Under the pieces are notes generated by a model. It was given only the letters and a program-made list of their open reading frames with translations. It made no database searches and was not told where the DNA came from. From Octopus bimaculoides (lineage: Eukaryota): DNA of 64,000 nt. Shown piece after piece: positions 1 to 20,069 of this stretch. Position numbers and translations under genes: made by a program. The DNA is taken from assembly GCF_001194135.2 (NCBI RefSeq), contig NC_068981.1, forward strand, positions 101,479,440 through 101,543,439. The letters run 5' to 3'. Position 1 is the first letter of the stretch, and the number at the start of each line of letters is the position of its first letter.

Positions 1-771
1 GACTTTTTTTTACTTTGGTTTGAGATCACAAATTAAGGGTAATTCACTGAATTGAGCTCGAAGGAGAAAATGCAAAGCTCACTTAGGTAGGATTTGGACC
101 CATTGTAAACAAGAATTAAATACTGTTAATCATTTAGTTCAGCAGTCTCATTTAAGCATTCCAAATAGTAATACTAATGCTGCTGCTGCTAATAATTGAC
201 GTGTCTATATTTAGTGAATGATTTATAAAGTTTGTCCTTGCAACCTAATGCATTCATATTATGTAAGCATGGATTGTCAACACAAAGAAGTCTATTGTGG
301 TTGCTGAATGAACTCAGTACTGTAATTGGTCAGTCCAAAAAGTCGAGTGATTTTAGGACTGTCAACATTAACATGAATAAATATCATTCAAAGAGACCCG
401 TTAGACAATCATTATTTTTGATTTTTGCACTATTGTTGTACATTATGTATTAAAAATGAATGTCTGATGTCAAGTTTGTCAATAATGGGTTAACTGGAAA
501 CACTAGCTGAGCAGTGTATTCAGGCAATTTTTCATATCTAATATAGCTCTAGAGCACTTTTTAAGCAAATATTTGAAGCATGTAGTGTTTTAAAGGAGGA
601 CTGTAACCTATATTTTGTTTTTTAAAAAAATGTTACCTTAATAGTACAACTCTAGAATATTCTTATCAGTTTAATATCAATGTTTCCATTTGTGCAGTAC
701 AGCATATTATCTTCCTCTTGTTCATGTAATATCTTGTTTTGTAGTCTCAATATCCTGATATTTGATTTTAA

Positions 772-1015
772 GACACGGGTGGCACATAAAAGACACCATT
801 TCGAGCGTGGCCGTTTTCGTGCGGGTGACACGTAAAAGCACCCACTACACTCTCTGAGTGGTTGGCGTTAGGAAGGGCATCCAGCTGTAGAAACTCTGCC
901 AAATCAGACTGGAGCCTGGTGTTGCCATCCGGTTTCACCAGTCCTCAGTCAAATCGTCCAACCCATGCTAGCATGGAAAGCGGACGTTAAACGATGATGA
1001 TGATGATGATGATGA
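772..1015 (+). mobile_element. RTE-type LINE 3' tail ending in (GAT)n
   Basis: ggaagggcatccagctgtagaaac...catgctagcatggaaagcggacgttaaac(gat)n. The same tail follows an RTE coding remnant at 18798-19620. Related copies lie near 18488, 35500, 38575, 50940 and 62181. Confidence 0.7.
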
Positions 1016-2701
1016 TTAACTTTTATCTCTTTCTCAGTCATGTCAGAACTTGCTCACTTCTCTCAGTAAGTGTCTATTCTCATCACATGACTTACTGCCT
1101 TGCCATCAGTACACAGTGTATATAGTTCCTATCTATTCCTTTCATACTGAGGAAATCCACTTCCTCAAGTTTCCTTTTACTAGTTAATATTTTAGCTTTT
1201 GGCTCCATATGGTTCTAGTTTCAGTCGCACTGTGCAGCACCTTAGGCAAGTGTCTTATAGCCTTGGGCTGACCCAAGCCTTGAGTGGATTTGGTAGATGG
1301 AAACTGGGAGAAAGCCACTGTGTGTGTGTGTGTGTACTTGTCTGTATTTGTCCACCCCAGTTGGTGTGTTTGCATGCCCATAACTTAGCAGTTTGGCAAA
1401 AGAGACCGATATAAGTACTAGGCTTAAAAAGTAAGTCCTTGGGTCAGTTTGTTCAACTAAAAGACCCTTCAAGGTGGTACCCCAGCATGGCTGCAGTCAA
1501 ATGACTGAAACAAGTAAAAGATAAGATATTGGCCTTTTGGTGCACCTTATGAAAGTTCCAAAGGACTGCACTTGACTTTTACTATAAGTACAAGAGAATT
1601 AGGGACAAAACCATGAATACTTATCTGTACCCTAAATTCCTTTCAGAATTTGTTTCTAATCTTTATTTTGCTCACAGGCACTGGTTGTACATGACTTGGA
1701 TAGTTCTCACATGCTATTCAAATACTTCTAATTGTTTTTCTCACCAGGCAGTAGTATGGTTATTGTCAAGGATTTTTCTTGCTCAGCAAATGCAAAGTAG
1801 TTTGTTCTTAGCTGAGAATTTCTCTTACAACTGACTCACAAGAAATATAGAATGTTCTGCAGTCATCTTGTTATGATTTGATTGTTTTCATGATTTAATT
1901 GACTTGTGGTGTTTTCTAATTGTCCCTTTTCAGTGGCCCCTTTGCCTTGTATAGTAGTTTTTGGTGATACTGCTATGCCATTCATTGGAGATAATCCCTT
2001 CTCACACCATCTGGTTAACTAAGAAACACCAATGTATCCAACACCAGTGTATCCAATGTAAGAACTGAACCAGTGGGGTGGAAAGTTTGAGTGATTGAAC
2101 TATTATTGTTAGATGAGATGTCTTGTATCTGTCTTAGATTTTTGTATTTTGACGGCAGCACTTGCAACAACTCTATTACCAAGTAGTATCGGCTTTTCAG
2201 AAAAGCCCTTCTCTTGGACATCACTACTAGTGTGGATAGGGGAGACTTGCATGGTTAGGGAACTACTAGTCTTCCACTAAATATTTTTGTTCAAGCCCAT
2301 GTTTATGGGTACAGAAACATGGTTAACCCTGATAGATGGATGTCCTTGATTAATGTATCCTGGTACTTCAGTATTTCAGCAAATATGTATGATGTAATTA
2401 GAACTTTACTTGGCATCAAGACCAGTTACCTTAACAACTCAGCTTGAACTAACTTCTATAGCTGATCAGCTTATTGGTGTAATTGAGGTAAATTTTACTG
2501 TCTCACTCCTATTCTTTATTCAAAATCCTCATTGTGTTTGTATGTACATATGCATTTATACACACTGAGAAGTGTGTTGAAAAGTCTTCCTTATTAGGAT
2601 TTTGAAACCTGAGGGTGATTACAATGATCTTATTGTAGTGCTGAGCTACCAAAAATGAAAAAAAAAGATTATTATGGTATTTAGTCTCATCCTGTCCTAC
2701 T

Positions 2702-2929
2702 TTAACCCTTTAGCATTTAAACCTGCCATATTTGACCAAAACATTCTATCTGTTTTATATTCAAACTAGCCAGATCTGGTCTCTCACACCTACTCTACAT
2801 TGCCATTTTAAAAATAAGCAATCACTTCATCAAAATCTCAAAACTTTCAGATAATGCATAATCAATTCAAAATGATGAGAATGAATAAGTATTACATTTG
2901 ACAAAGTAATCTGAATGCTAAAGGGTTAA
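2702..2929. mobile_element. piggyBac-like MITE (~220 bp) with TTAA target duplication
   Basis: TTAA|CCCTTTAGCATT...AATGCTAAAGGG|TTAA. Further copies at 20936-21141, 21439-21630, 34394-34621, 50110-50321 and ~54200-54325. Confidence 0.8.
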
Positions 2930-4859
2930 ACTCAAAATCAAGTAGGGTTTGAGCTAAATAAGAGAAGAGTGGGTTACTTTATGTAGCCTTAGATCACATT
3001 TAGAAATGGGATAGAATAACGGCAATACATTTGCCCTTTGTTTCTCCTCTCTTAAAAATGATATTCATTAAAAAAATCTAGGCTAATTTTCTTGAATAAT
3101 CTTGCTTTTAAATCTAACTGGATTTAGTCGATTCATGTCATTCAGTTAGCATTTTACTTGGATCTGTTTCATTTTTGTTTGAGGCTTTTGATTTAGAGCA
3201 AATTTGATAAAGCAGCAAGAACCATATAACTTGAAGTGAAAACTACTGCATTTCTGTTGTATCATGGCCCTAAAACTTAGAACTTGTTATTAAAAAAAAA
3301 ATGTGTAGTTACTTTTTAGAAGATATTGTTTTATTGGTATACAGGTATATATACAAAGTGTACTTGCACATAATCACCCAATCACACACACTTTTATCGT
3401 TTCCATAGCAGTAATTAATCCTATCACTCTTACACTCTGTAATAGAGCTTCAACCACAGAACTAGTTACAGTTATTAAGTGATATAATTTTGGAAAATGA
3501 ATTACTAGGCTCACTGTGGTGCACATTCATACACACAATTATGGAAAGTATGTTTGCTCTTAGCAATTTCACAAAATTTTTTTCAGTTTTAACCTTTCTT
3601 AAGTAGGAATGAAGGAGGCAGCCAATTAGTCTTGGCTGAACTAATGTCTAGTATTTACACACATTATGCAAGAACATTTTCAGTGATTTTCTTGACTCAT
3701 TCTTCAGTTCACCAAGTACTCATTCTGTACCAGGGAGATAAATTGTTAGTCTTGTAATCTCTTTATGATGGTTGAGGTGTTAATCAAGAAGTGGAATAAT
3801 AAAATTGCATAAGGTTAATGCAGATTGCTTGTGCGTCAATTGTAGATTTCAGATTTGTAGAATACTATGTTCGATAGGTGTCTTGAATTTTCTTGTTAAA
3901 CAGTGGAACAAGTATCAGATTTTCTGAGGAAAGGTCTATGAGATTGACCTGGCAACAGACTCAAACTAAGTTTATTGCTTCATTGTAACTGGATAAATTT
4001 TTATTTATATAAAATATATGTCCTATAATCCTTGGCAAGTTGTAGAGTCAGTATCAAATGTGTTTTAGTATTTTAAGGCCAAGTTAGTATAGCAGTACAC
4101 ATCACATCTTTTTTCTGCCATTCTACACTATTCATACATTCCCATGCATGCACATATCTTATACACTGTGTATGTATTATATATATATATATACATATAT
4201 ATACATATACATATATATATATATATATATATCATCATTATTTTAACATTCACTTTTCCATGCTTGTATGGCTCAGATAGTTTATTCAGGTAGATTTTCT
4301 AGATCCAAGTTACCTTTCCTTTTACCAACTGTCACCTATATCTAAGCAAGGTAATATTTCCCCATGACATTGCTGGTATGACTGTGACTCTCATTTACAA
4401 CTGCCATGTTATGTCAAGAGGAGAGACCCCCCCCCCCACACACGAGTACTGGACTTGCAACAACTGAAGTGCTGTGATCATCACACTGTTGACAGAAATT
4501 TGAAGTTCTGTATGTGAGTCTCTATAACTGTATTATTCAATGTGTGTGTGTATGTGTGTGTATAGGCTTCTTTTGGTTTCTGTCTACTAAATCTGCTCAC
4601 AAGATTTTGGTTGACCTGTGACCATAGTAGAAGACACTTGCCCAAAGTGCCATGCAGTGGGACTGAACCCAGCAAACTTCTCAACCACACAGTCATGCCT
4701 GACTTATCACAGCCACATCTGCAACCATATACTTCAGTTTTAGAATAGGAGGTACACTGTGCCCATATATGTTGTAAGAGGGCAACTAAAAGTGTTGGCA
4801 GCATAGAAGAATGAATATAAAATATGTCATAAAGCTGTAAACTATTTCTCTTTTTATAG

Positions 4860-10486
<5,627 letters not shown>

Positions 10487-12639
10487 TGCATATTATTGTC
10501 TGGGGGACAAGCCATACATTGCTCTAGAACATGGATGTTATTCACATTTGTAGACAGTGCAAGCATGTACAACAAATCTGATTCTGAATTGCCTTCTTTG
10601 TTGCTTAGTTGGCACAATAATCCATGCCTGAAAGTTTGCATGGAACAGTATGAAGGGAATGAACTTTTTTTCAACAAAAAGCTTATGAATAGTGATTATT
10701 GAGCATTTCCTTTTAAAACATATGCACAAATACTCTATCTACACATACGTGCATACATATATACATTTTTCTTTTAAAATCTGATTTAATGCTGGCCAGT
10801 ATCTGGCTTAGTTTGATAAAATGCAGAGAAGCTTTTTATCATGGAGTGTATGACTTCTTGAATTTTTTTTTTGTGACTGATCATCATTCAGCTCAATCAA
10901 ATTAAGAGGGAAGTGAAAGGGGGTGGGGTTTAAAAAGATTACATTTTAAAATGTGTATGTGTGTGTGTGCATGTTTTATATAAGATAAAAACAATGATTT
11001 TTGCAAAAGTAAAAAAAAAAATTGAATGTGTGGATCTGGGAATGTTTTTCATATGAAATACTTCCATAAATAGAGTAAGTTTCTATGATTTTTAGTTAAG
11101 TTTGAGTAAGCTATTGTGTAGAAGAAAGCTTTGGGTATGAGGTGATTGTTGTCTATTAATGACCTGAAGAGTGGAATAAAGCAAAATATCATTAACTATC
11201 ATAGTGCTTACTTTGTTACACCGAAGTATTGCTTGTGAATCTGTTTTTGCATTGACAAAATGTTTAATTTCTACAAATGAAAACTTTTCCAACTGCTGAT
11301 GCGCCATCTTTCCATTATTCATCTTGTTATTGCTTTAAAAACATTTATTTTTTACTGTAATTACTGTACTATATATATATATACATACACACACACACAC
11401 TATATATATATATATACATATATATATAATCATTCTATTCCTTGATGTGATGAAATATTGCTTGGCTGTGAAATTTACAATGATTGGAGGGAAAAAATAC
11501 CTTGGGTTACTGTAGTGTACACAAATTTAGTTGCAGAAATAAATAATAATTATTTTGATGATAATAATCATATTAATTGCAATAATTTTTAACTTCTTTG
11601 AAATTTGAAAGGGAAACCTCTTTTGTTATGTTAAACTGCAAGATGCAAAAAACGATTAGGATAATAGAAAACTAGCCTGTTTCTTTCATTCTTTCACAAT
11701 CATGGAAAAAATAATAATAATATAGATGTTTTGATGGAACACTTAAGTATTCATCGAAACACAACTTGCACTTCATCAGTTGAATTTGGATAAAAATATT
11801 TGCAAAAATTTTTTTTTTTTTTTATTAATATTAGCAGAAATGATTGAACCTCAGACTGAATGCCTTAGTTTTGTTTTCTCCACTCCCATTTTAAGCTTAA
11901 AATATCACCGGTCTCTTACAGCATTCGTCCCTCCAGGATTAATAAAATAATATACCAGGTGTATATTATGAATTAGATAATTGTTAAAATATTGTGCCTA
12001 TGTCAGAAAATATTAATTTCACTGGTGCCTCTAACTCACTAATGAATTATTAACAAAATCTTAAATATAGAAGTTTTTAGCTTTTTGAATATATTTTCTT
12101 TGGCATATGAAATAATTATGAAGAATGAGATTTATTAGACTGGTATGTTTTGGACTGTGTCCAGTGATGCTCAATGCAGTTTGATCATCCATTCATTTTT
12201 ATCATAATTTGCTCAAACCTTCATGAAAAAAAAAATAATTGATGCTAGAGGTGATTGAATGGAATCCAGCAATATGTATCCCTTCAGCCATGATAGTTTG
12301 TCCAGATCTTAAGGTATTAGGAGGTTTGATGTTGAAGCTACTAGTGTACTGATAGGAGGAAAAAATGTCACTTGGCAAGGATAGTCTTATCAGTGTCTTA
12401 ACCTTATAAATGGAACAAGGGAAAAGCTACTGTACATGCTCAGGGTCAGAAAGATGTACTATGAAAGCTTTGAGTAGAAAAGCTGCAACCCTTCCGGTTC
12501 TGCTACAAAGGATGAAAAGTGGAAAAGAGCTGTTGCTCTATCTTTAGTTGAGAGAGCAGTCTGGTGAAGATGCATCATTAAAATTATCAGCAATTTAATT
12601 TATGCAAAAAGTAATTGCTAAATTGCCAATTCTAAAACT

Positions 12640-15400
12640 GCTGCATCAACTAATTGTTCAGTGTCCTGATTCCTGATATGTCATCAATGCTTCAATAGTA
12701 TACATACTTCACAATAAAATAAAAACTTTTAGAATAACTATTTAATAGTGGCAAGAGCCTGAGGTGTTGAGAACAACTCAAGAACAGGATTCAAAATTGT
12801 GGGAGTTTCCCATCAAATAAGAAGAGTGAACCAGAGATAACAAAGAAAATGTCTGCAACATAGGAGGGAAAACTGAATTCCACTTGAGGAACTTCACAGG
12901 TGTGGAGTTCTCTCCTGGCTGTCCAGCTTTGTTCCACTGCTGCATACTGAGAGCAGGCCTACTAGCAAAAAAATATTTACTTGTGGTCACAACTTCAGTC
13001 TTTACTCTCATCTTGTAGACCTTGGAAACATCAATGTGGGTATGCACTGTCAGCAGTGCATACATCTCAGACTGACCTAGCTTCTATGCCTGTCATGTTT
13101 ATCTCAAATTGGTAATGTCTCCTAGTAGCTCTGCCTGGTCAGTGATTTCTGAATGTTGTTGCATGAGATAAAGGTCATGGATGGATCTGTCCAAGTTCAA
13201 ACAGTTCTTCATTTCCCTGACTGCTTTTCTGTCAACAAGGGCCAAACTCATTGCTAGTACTGGCAAAAATCATAAACTTTGTGTTTGAGAGTAACGAACC
13301 AGAAATGAATTACTTCTCTTGTTCACATCCTTCCTTAGTAGTGTTGCAACTCTTCAGGTCACAGAGCTTGTCATTCCCCTGTTCTTTTGCCAGTTATAGT
13401 AGACATTGGTGATCCAAATGGGGTGTATATATGTAAGACTTGTAGAACAGACCATCTAAATCAGGTAACTTGTCTCTTACACAATCACTTATCACTAGCT
13501 GCATCTCAGCTACTGTTATCAGCTTTTTGCAACATTTGCACCATCTTCCAAAGCTGTGAGAAGCTGTTAAATTATGCACTAATGTCTACTGCCATCTCCA
13601 GTCCACCACTCACTCTGAACAGTTGCTCAAAGAATTGCACACATCTGCTTGAAATTAATACACACCTGTCCTAGTCTGCGAAAGATTGAAATGTGACTTT
13701 TGTGTTTCTTGTTGAAAAACTAGACACTGCTGGCAGAGAGAATAGCTCTTGACTTTCTTTATTACTTCTAATTTGTTTAGTAGCTTCTACTTTAATCTAG
13801 TTCTTTCTCTTGCTACTTCATTACTAAATGTTATTAACTCTAATTAAGTGCTCTGCCACCAATTGTTGATGATTACACCATTAACAAATGCTTGAGTTGC
13901 TGAGCTGGTGGCTGTAGGTTTTGTTTGCTGGAAACAGTGTTCAGCTATGTGTAAATGGGCATCTGTTTTATTTAGGCCAACTATGCAGATCACACATTTG
14001 TGTTCTGTGTAGTTGATTAGTTGAAATTGTGGCAACATTACACTATATTCTGACCTTACACCCTATATAGGTACTCTGACAGTATCACTTTCATTGCTGC
14101 TAACATCCAATAGCACTGACTTGCTGTCTGGTTTCTAAGAAGATTGTATCTTGAAATTCAAGTCTATCTGAAATGCTGCCATTCCATCAACCAATTCTAG
14201 CTAACCATAAGATGTGTGCATCTTGTTAGAGATGGGTGCAAGTGCATCTGTCCTGGAAATTCTGATCTTGCTGATGGCTATCACATCTACGTCTAGTGAC
14301 CTTGCTTCTGGGCTGTCTCCGGGCCACCTACATTTATACATTACGAGTATGGCTATGTTAGAGAAAAGAATGTAAGAAAGAGAAAAACTAGGGATGCATA
14401 ATCTGGTTTTATGAGAAAAGGGATTCTTGGAAGACTTCTGAAAATGTTTTATCTTTGAAGTTTTGTAAAAAAAATCTCAATGTCATGAGAATTTATCTTT
14501 TACAAACTTGTAGATATGATACCTTCACCCATTGTCTGTATTTGAAGTTTTTGGGGATAAATTCCTCAAAACCATTTTGTTTGTATTTATTTTTGTGTTG
14601 TGATAGGCCCTCCACCAGCTCACTATTGTTTCTCTTAACAACAGTGAAGTTGTTGAGGTTTTGGTTTTTGTGTTTATTTTTGTCGAGATGGTGTGGTTGT
14701 GTAACTGTTTGGTCTTTCTGCTCCCTTGTTAACCCTTCTAGTTTCGAGATTGAGGTGGCCTTTTCTCCCTTCAACAATAAACCCTTTACATCTGGTTTGT
14801 TTCAACCTTGTTGCATGATGTCTTGGAGTCATAGGAAAGCGGTACATGTTTATGTTTTGTTGGATTTTTGTGGTACTGTTGTTGTAGATGTTTCTATTGG
14901 TGTAGTTTGTGAACTTTCAGAACTCTCCTATTCTTCTCTTGTTCAGATTGAGTGGCTACCACTAGGCATTGGTGATAAAGTTGCTTGGTGCTGGGAAAAT
15001 TGACACTTATAGTTAAATTAACAGCATAGCCACAAGTTTTTTTCCTTGTCTTGGTCTTCTTGCTTCTACCTCAGTCATGTCTGTGAGAGCAACTGTTATG
15101 GTGGTGACTGACAAGGCTAAGGTTGTCTGCATTGAAAGTGGCAGACTCGCCTCTCTGACCAGTCTCTGTTGCTGAACAGCAGAATAGGAACTCACAAGAA
15201 TATATCTAATCCCAAATGGGTTAAGAAGCTGATTTTACCAATCAGCACTTTGAAGTCCTGGTTCTGCAACTAAAGGGCAGATGGTAACTTAAGACTTGTG
15301 GTGCAAAGTGAAATGTCATATCTATGTGGAGACAATAATAATAATGATAATGATATAAAAAAATACAATATTCAACAAAGGGTCATAATGATTGTGGTCC
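12640..15400 (-). pseudogene. Degenerate L1-clade (Tx1-like) non-LTR retrotransposon: ORF1 remnant + APE endonuclease + RT N-terminal part
   Basis: Minus-strand remnants with stops and frameshifts: RSLDVDVIAISKIRI (APE), CCKKLITVAEMQLVISDCVRDKLPDLDGLFYKSY (IT..EV...KSPG.DGL motif), TLLRKDVNK...LAMSLALV...DRSIHDLYLMQ (RT start). VEARRPR is at the ORF1 knuckle position. Boundaries approximate. Confidence 0.72.
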
Positions 15401-16887
15401 ATAGGAAAACTTAAAATTAAGATAAAATACCCAGCACCTATAGAACACTTTGTAGAAATAAACAAATATACACACGAACACTAAAACATTCACAGATATT
15501 AGTGAGTATGCATGTAAATTGTAAAAGTATTAGTAGGTTGGTACTTAATACTGGTGGTTGTAGAAGTTAAAAAGATGAAAGACAAATATTTATCCCATCA
15601 TAAGTAGGACACCGATATATCTTGAGTTACTTTCTCAGCAGTTCCAGTAACTGTACTTGACAGATAGATGGACTGTAACAGGTAGAATGAAATGTCCAGA
15701 TCATAGACAACGAAACATCTGCTGCAGAAATGAACTTGTCGGGAATCTTGAATTGGTGGCCCAGTATTAACTAACATTCCTGGAATTATTACACATGCGT
15801 AAATTACATGCAGTGATTTTGCTCAAACAAACAATAGGCACTCTGCAGCAAACATCAATGCTTACTTAGCTCACTACTTGTAAGCCCATACAAGCTATTC
15901 ATGACAAATCATTTTCAGTGTGCTTTAATGTTCATTCAAGTTTGTGTATGCATGCATGGGTTGTGTGAATGTATGAGTACAAATAAGCTCTTTTATGGGG
16001 CATGTGATATTAATAACAGGTTTCTTGATGCTTTTTTTTTCCCTAATAGCAAATATAACTTTGTGTTATATACAATGGAGTTTATATTATAACCAATGTC
16101 CATAATTTTGCTTATGTACTCATTTTAAGTATGTGTAGTGTGTCACTCCTTTTCGAGATTCATTTGTATTGACCATAATGAACAGATTTTATTTTAAATA
16201 TGAAGTAGTTAGGACATGTTATAATTATAGTATGACATCATAGATATACTACAATCTGCTATAATAGTATGATTATAGCCGTACTATACTCATGTTATAA
16301 TCAGCTATCCAATCTTATTTCACCATTAAATAGATGAACTACAGTTGAGATGATATTAGCAATTTTTCATAGCAGTTCTTGTAAACCAAAACATTGGACC
16401 TTTATTTTTACACATTTCATGGCATGTGTTTTAAGAGATAAATAAACAGGTTATATATCAGTAATATAAACAAATTTGGAGCCTATGATGTCTAATAGTA
16501 CAGTAAATTTCCTTTATTTATCAAATCTTTATTAAATTCTTACGAATACAAATTGTTTCATAATAAACAAATGATCTCTGAACTTCTGGTTGTCTTTGTA
16601 ATAAAGTTTAAATTCTAAAATTTAACATGTTGCCTATTTTTCTTTTTTCTTTTTTCAGATTAAAATAATATTAAATTTGAGTATTAATTTTAGAGAGCAA
16701 ATAAAGGCAAGACCTGGATCATATTTTGAGTGACTGTTAGTGATTGGACTAGTGTGTTAGCCTATCTTTCTCTAAAATTTTGATATTTTTTTAACTGCTT
16801 TATTTATCTTGACAGGACTGATCAATTATCAAGTACAGGAGAACAGTTTAAACTTCATTATTTAAACAGAAATGAGTTACGAGAAAT

Positions 16888-17236
16888 GACTCAGAATGGT
16901 CATAGGATTGCGGTTTCGATTCCCAGACTGGGCGTTGTGAGTGTTTATTGAGCGAAAACACCTAAAGCTCCAAGAGGCTCCAGCAGGGGATGGTGGCGAA
17001 CCCTGCTGTACTCTTTCACCACAACTTTCTCTCACTCTTACTTCCCGTTTCTGTTGTGCCTGTAATTCAAAGGGTCAGCTTTGTCACGCTGAATAACCCT
17101 GAGAACTACGTTAAGGGTACACATGTCTGTGGAGTGCTCAGCCACTTGCACATTAATTTCACGAGCAGGCTGTCCCGTTGATCGGATCAACTGGAACCCT
17201 CGACGTCGTAAGCGACGGAGTGCTAAGAAAAAAAAG
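16888..17236 (+). mobile_element. tRNA-derived SINE family A, slightly 5'-truncated
   Basis: Collinear with 61141-61522; B-box-like ggtttcgattccc; A-rich end. Confidence 0.8.
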
Positions 17237-18553
17237 ATGAGTCACAACACCCCCTTGTTAGAAATAGACTGGACCGAGTGATTATAAATAGTAGTGGTCA
17301 GAGTGAAGTTTGTGTGTTTAATTTGAGTTGAATTCACAGCGAAGTCGGAAGGTGTTGGTTGGTAAGTTTGTTTGGAATATTGATTGTTGGATTGTTACAT
17401 TGTTATTACAGCTGCATCGTTATCCTGTTTATTGTTACAACACTAGTACAGTGTATCAAAACCATCTGTCACAATATCGTGGCAGTACCATGACATGGGA
17501 GATGGGGGATACAACAGTTTTCTAAATTAATTGCATGTTAAGATTACAAGTGCAGGTATATCAGTGTGGTTAAGAAGTTTGCTTTGCAGCTATGTGCTTC
17601 CTGGTCTGATCCCCTTATGTGGCACAGTATCTTCTACCTAAAATTGGATTGTCCAAAGCCATCATTATCATCCTTTAACATGACCACAATGTTAATAAAG
17701 TATCACAGAATGGTAGTAAAGTAATGAATATACATGGTATACAGCAACAGGAGAATGAATTATTGTGTTTTTATTGTATTGGCAATAACATCTGAGAATT
17801 TGTTGACTGACGGGACACCAAAGGCACTTTTGGAGATGTGATTGCACTATCATGGACATCTAACATGAATGAATGCTGGCAAAGGTACCCTTAATCCATA
17901 AGTAGACCAAAGAAAATGTAAGTGGAGGTTTTTAGATCGAGCTTAGAAACATTAAACCTCCCTAAATCTGATGATATATGACCAAATAATACATTTAACG
18001 TATTCCAATATAAAAAAAGAATCCAACAAAATGTCCCATGCATATCATAATAAGAACTCAATTATTCCTCATATTGTTTAGCCCGCATCAGCCTTGATTG
18101 AGAGACCTATGATTAAAGATGTTCTAGCTGTGACAATGTGTCTATATTTTAAGAAGGTAGAGTGTGTGATATGAGGTAGATGTGGTTGGTATTTCTAGCA
18201 GATCGAATGTAGATACTTTGTCTTGATTTAGATAATGTATAGCCAGTATATGGAGAAGGTAAACGATATGTCTATTTAAAACTTAGAAGCATTATTTGAA
18301 GCTTCCTGGTGCAGTAAAAACATATTTTTAATTATATTTTTTAAAACAGATTTTCTTTTGTGTGTGTAGGAAGTAGAATACAAGTACACACACCCACCTA
18401 AACAAAATATGCATAAAAATTACACACAATGTATATTAACCATTTATGATTTTGTATAGAAAGAAATTTGTGTGTATATATATATATGTCCAACCCATGC
18501 TAGCATGGAAAGCGGACATTAAACGATGATGATGATGATGATGATGATATACA

Positions 18554-18783
18554 CAAGGTTGGCCAAAAGTCACCTGACAGTAAATCAAAACCATTTAATT
18601 CCAAGATTTATTTATGTTTAACAACTGAATGAATTTAATAAAAACATCTAAATATGAAATATCATGAAAATTGTTCAAACTGAAGTCCTTGAGTGACACA
18701 TTTTTTCATTCAAGTCAATATAGAATTATAGATAGTATTTATGGAATGTTAATTTACAGTCAGGTGACTTTTGGCCAACCTTG
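18554..18783. mobile_element. Tc1/mariner-type MITE
   Basis: ~30-bp TIRs CAAGGTTGGCCAAAAGTCACCTGAC / GTCAGGTGACTTTTGGCCAACCTTG followed by TA. Confidence 0.8.
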
Positions 18784-18797
18784 TATATATATATATT

Positions 18798-19620
18798 TAT
18801 CATCGTCATCATCATTTAACGTCCGTTTTCCATTCTGGCATGGGTTGGACGGTTCGATTTGGGTCTGGGAAGCCAGGAGGCTGCACCAGGCTCCAGTTTG
18901 ATCTGGCAGTGTTTCTACAGCTGGATGCCCTTCCTTACGCCAACCACTCCGAGAGTGTAGTGGGTGCTTTTTACATGCTACTGGCACAGGGGCCNNNNNN
19001 NNNNTACGCCAACCACTCCGAGAGTGTAGTGGGTGCTTTTTACATGCTACTGGCACAGGGGCCAGAGGAGGCTGGCATCGATCACGATCGGTTGGTCCTT
19101 TTTACATGCCACCAGCACAGAAGCTAGTCAAGACGGCGCTGACATCGGTGCTTTTTACGTGCCATCAGCACAGGGATCACAACTACAATTTCCATTTGAT
19201 TTTGATGTACTTGACTCAATAGGTCTCCTCAAGCACAGCATGTTGCTCTACGATCCAAGGTACTTTTGAGTGGGCTGGGGCTGGTTATGTGACACTGGTG
19301 GAGGTTACAGCTGTGAACTCACTTTATTTGCCAGGTCTTCTCAGTCACAGCATATCCCCTGAGGTCTTGGTCTTTTGTCATTGCCTCTGTGAGGCCCAAC
19401 GTTTGAGGGTCATGCTTCACCACCTCATCTCATGTCTTCCTGAGTCTAACTCTACCCGAGATACCTTCAACTGTTTGGGAGTGGCACTTCACACAGCTCT
19501 CCTCATCCATCCATAGTACATGACCATACCAGTACAAATGTCTCTCTTGCATGCCACATTCGATGTTTCTTATGGCCAACATGTCTCTCAGGGTGCTGTA
19601 CCCCACCTCTACTCCACCCT
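18798..19620 (-). mobile_element. RTE-clade LINE 3' fragment
   Basis: Minus translation QERHLYWYGHVLWMDEESCVK...VEGISGRVRLRKT*DEVVKHD..TLGLTEAMTKD matches the RTE C-terminal RWYGHV.RM/GRP.KTW motif; followed by 3' UTR and (GAT)n. Confidence 0.8.
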
Positions 19621-20069
19621 CAGCCTAACACACACCCCACCCTTGCTTTCCCCACTCCCAACACCATCACACATCATATCACAACACACCACCATGCACA
19701 CACTAGCACTGACCAATTCCCAGCCCCACATTTTCACACCTACACACATGCCAAGATCACCAGCCCTCTTCCACACGCATATACGAACTCTCTTATACAC
19801 ATGTACGTGCACCTTCGTTTTGGGATCACCACTACCTTATTATCTCCCCTTCTTCCTAGCTCTCCTGTGTGACCCTTCTGTCCGGCATTCGCCATGATAG
19901 ATCGCTAGCCACTACACATTCTTTTTTTCTCTCCTTGTTTCTTTCTGTGGAAGAGCGTAGGCTTGAAATGTTAAAGACTTTTGCACTTCCCGAGCGTTAA
20001 ACTAATACATCTGTTTGTTGTCTACACCACCTGTCTTCATCTTTTGTTTTTTTTTGTGAATTCTCTTTC

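Noticed and set aside
1030-1075. ATGTCAGAA...CTCA|gtaagt as GABARAPL2 exon 1
   Set aside because: Wrong phase (2 instead of 1) and no similarity to the MK(W/F).FKE.H N-terminus; exon 1 is probably upstream of the window.
14455-15003. 182-aa Cys/Phe/Leu-rich plus-strand ORF
   Set aside because: Antisense shadow of the low-complexity L1 ORF1 remnant; no recognisable domain.
18936-19063. Exact 59-bp tandem duplication around a 10-N gap
   Set aside because: Typical unmerged contig overlap. Two gaps follow GGCC but the third does not, so no restriction-site story is supported.
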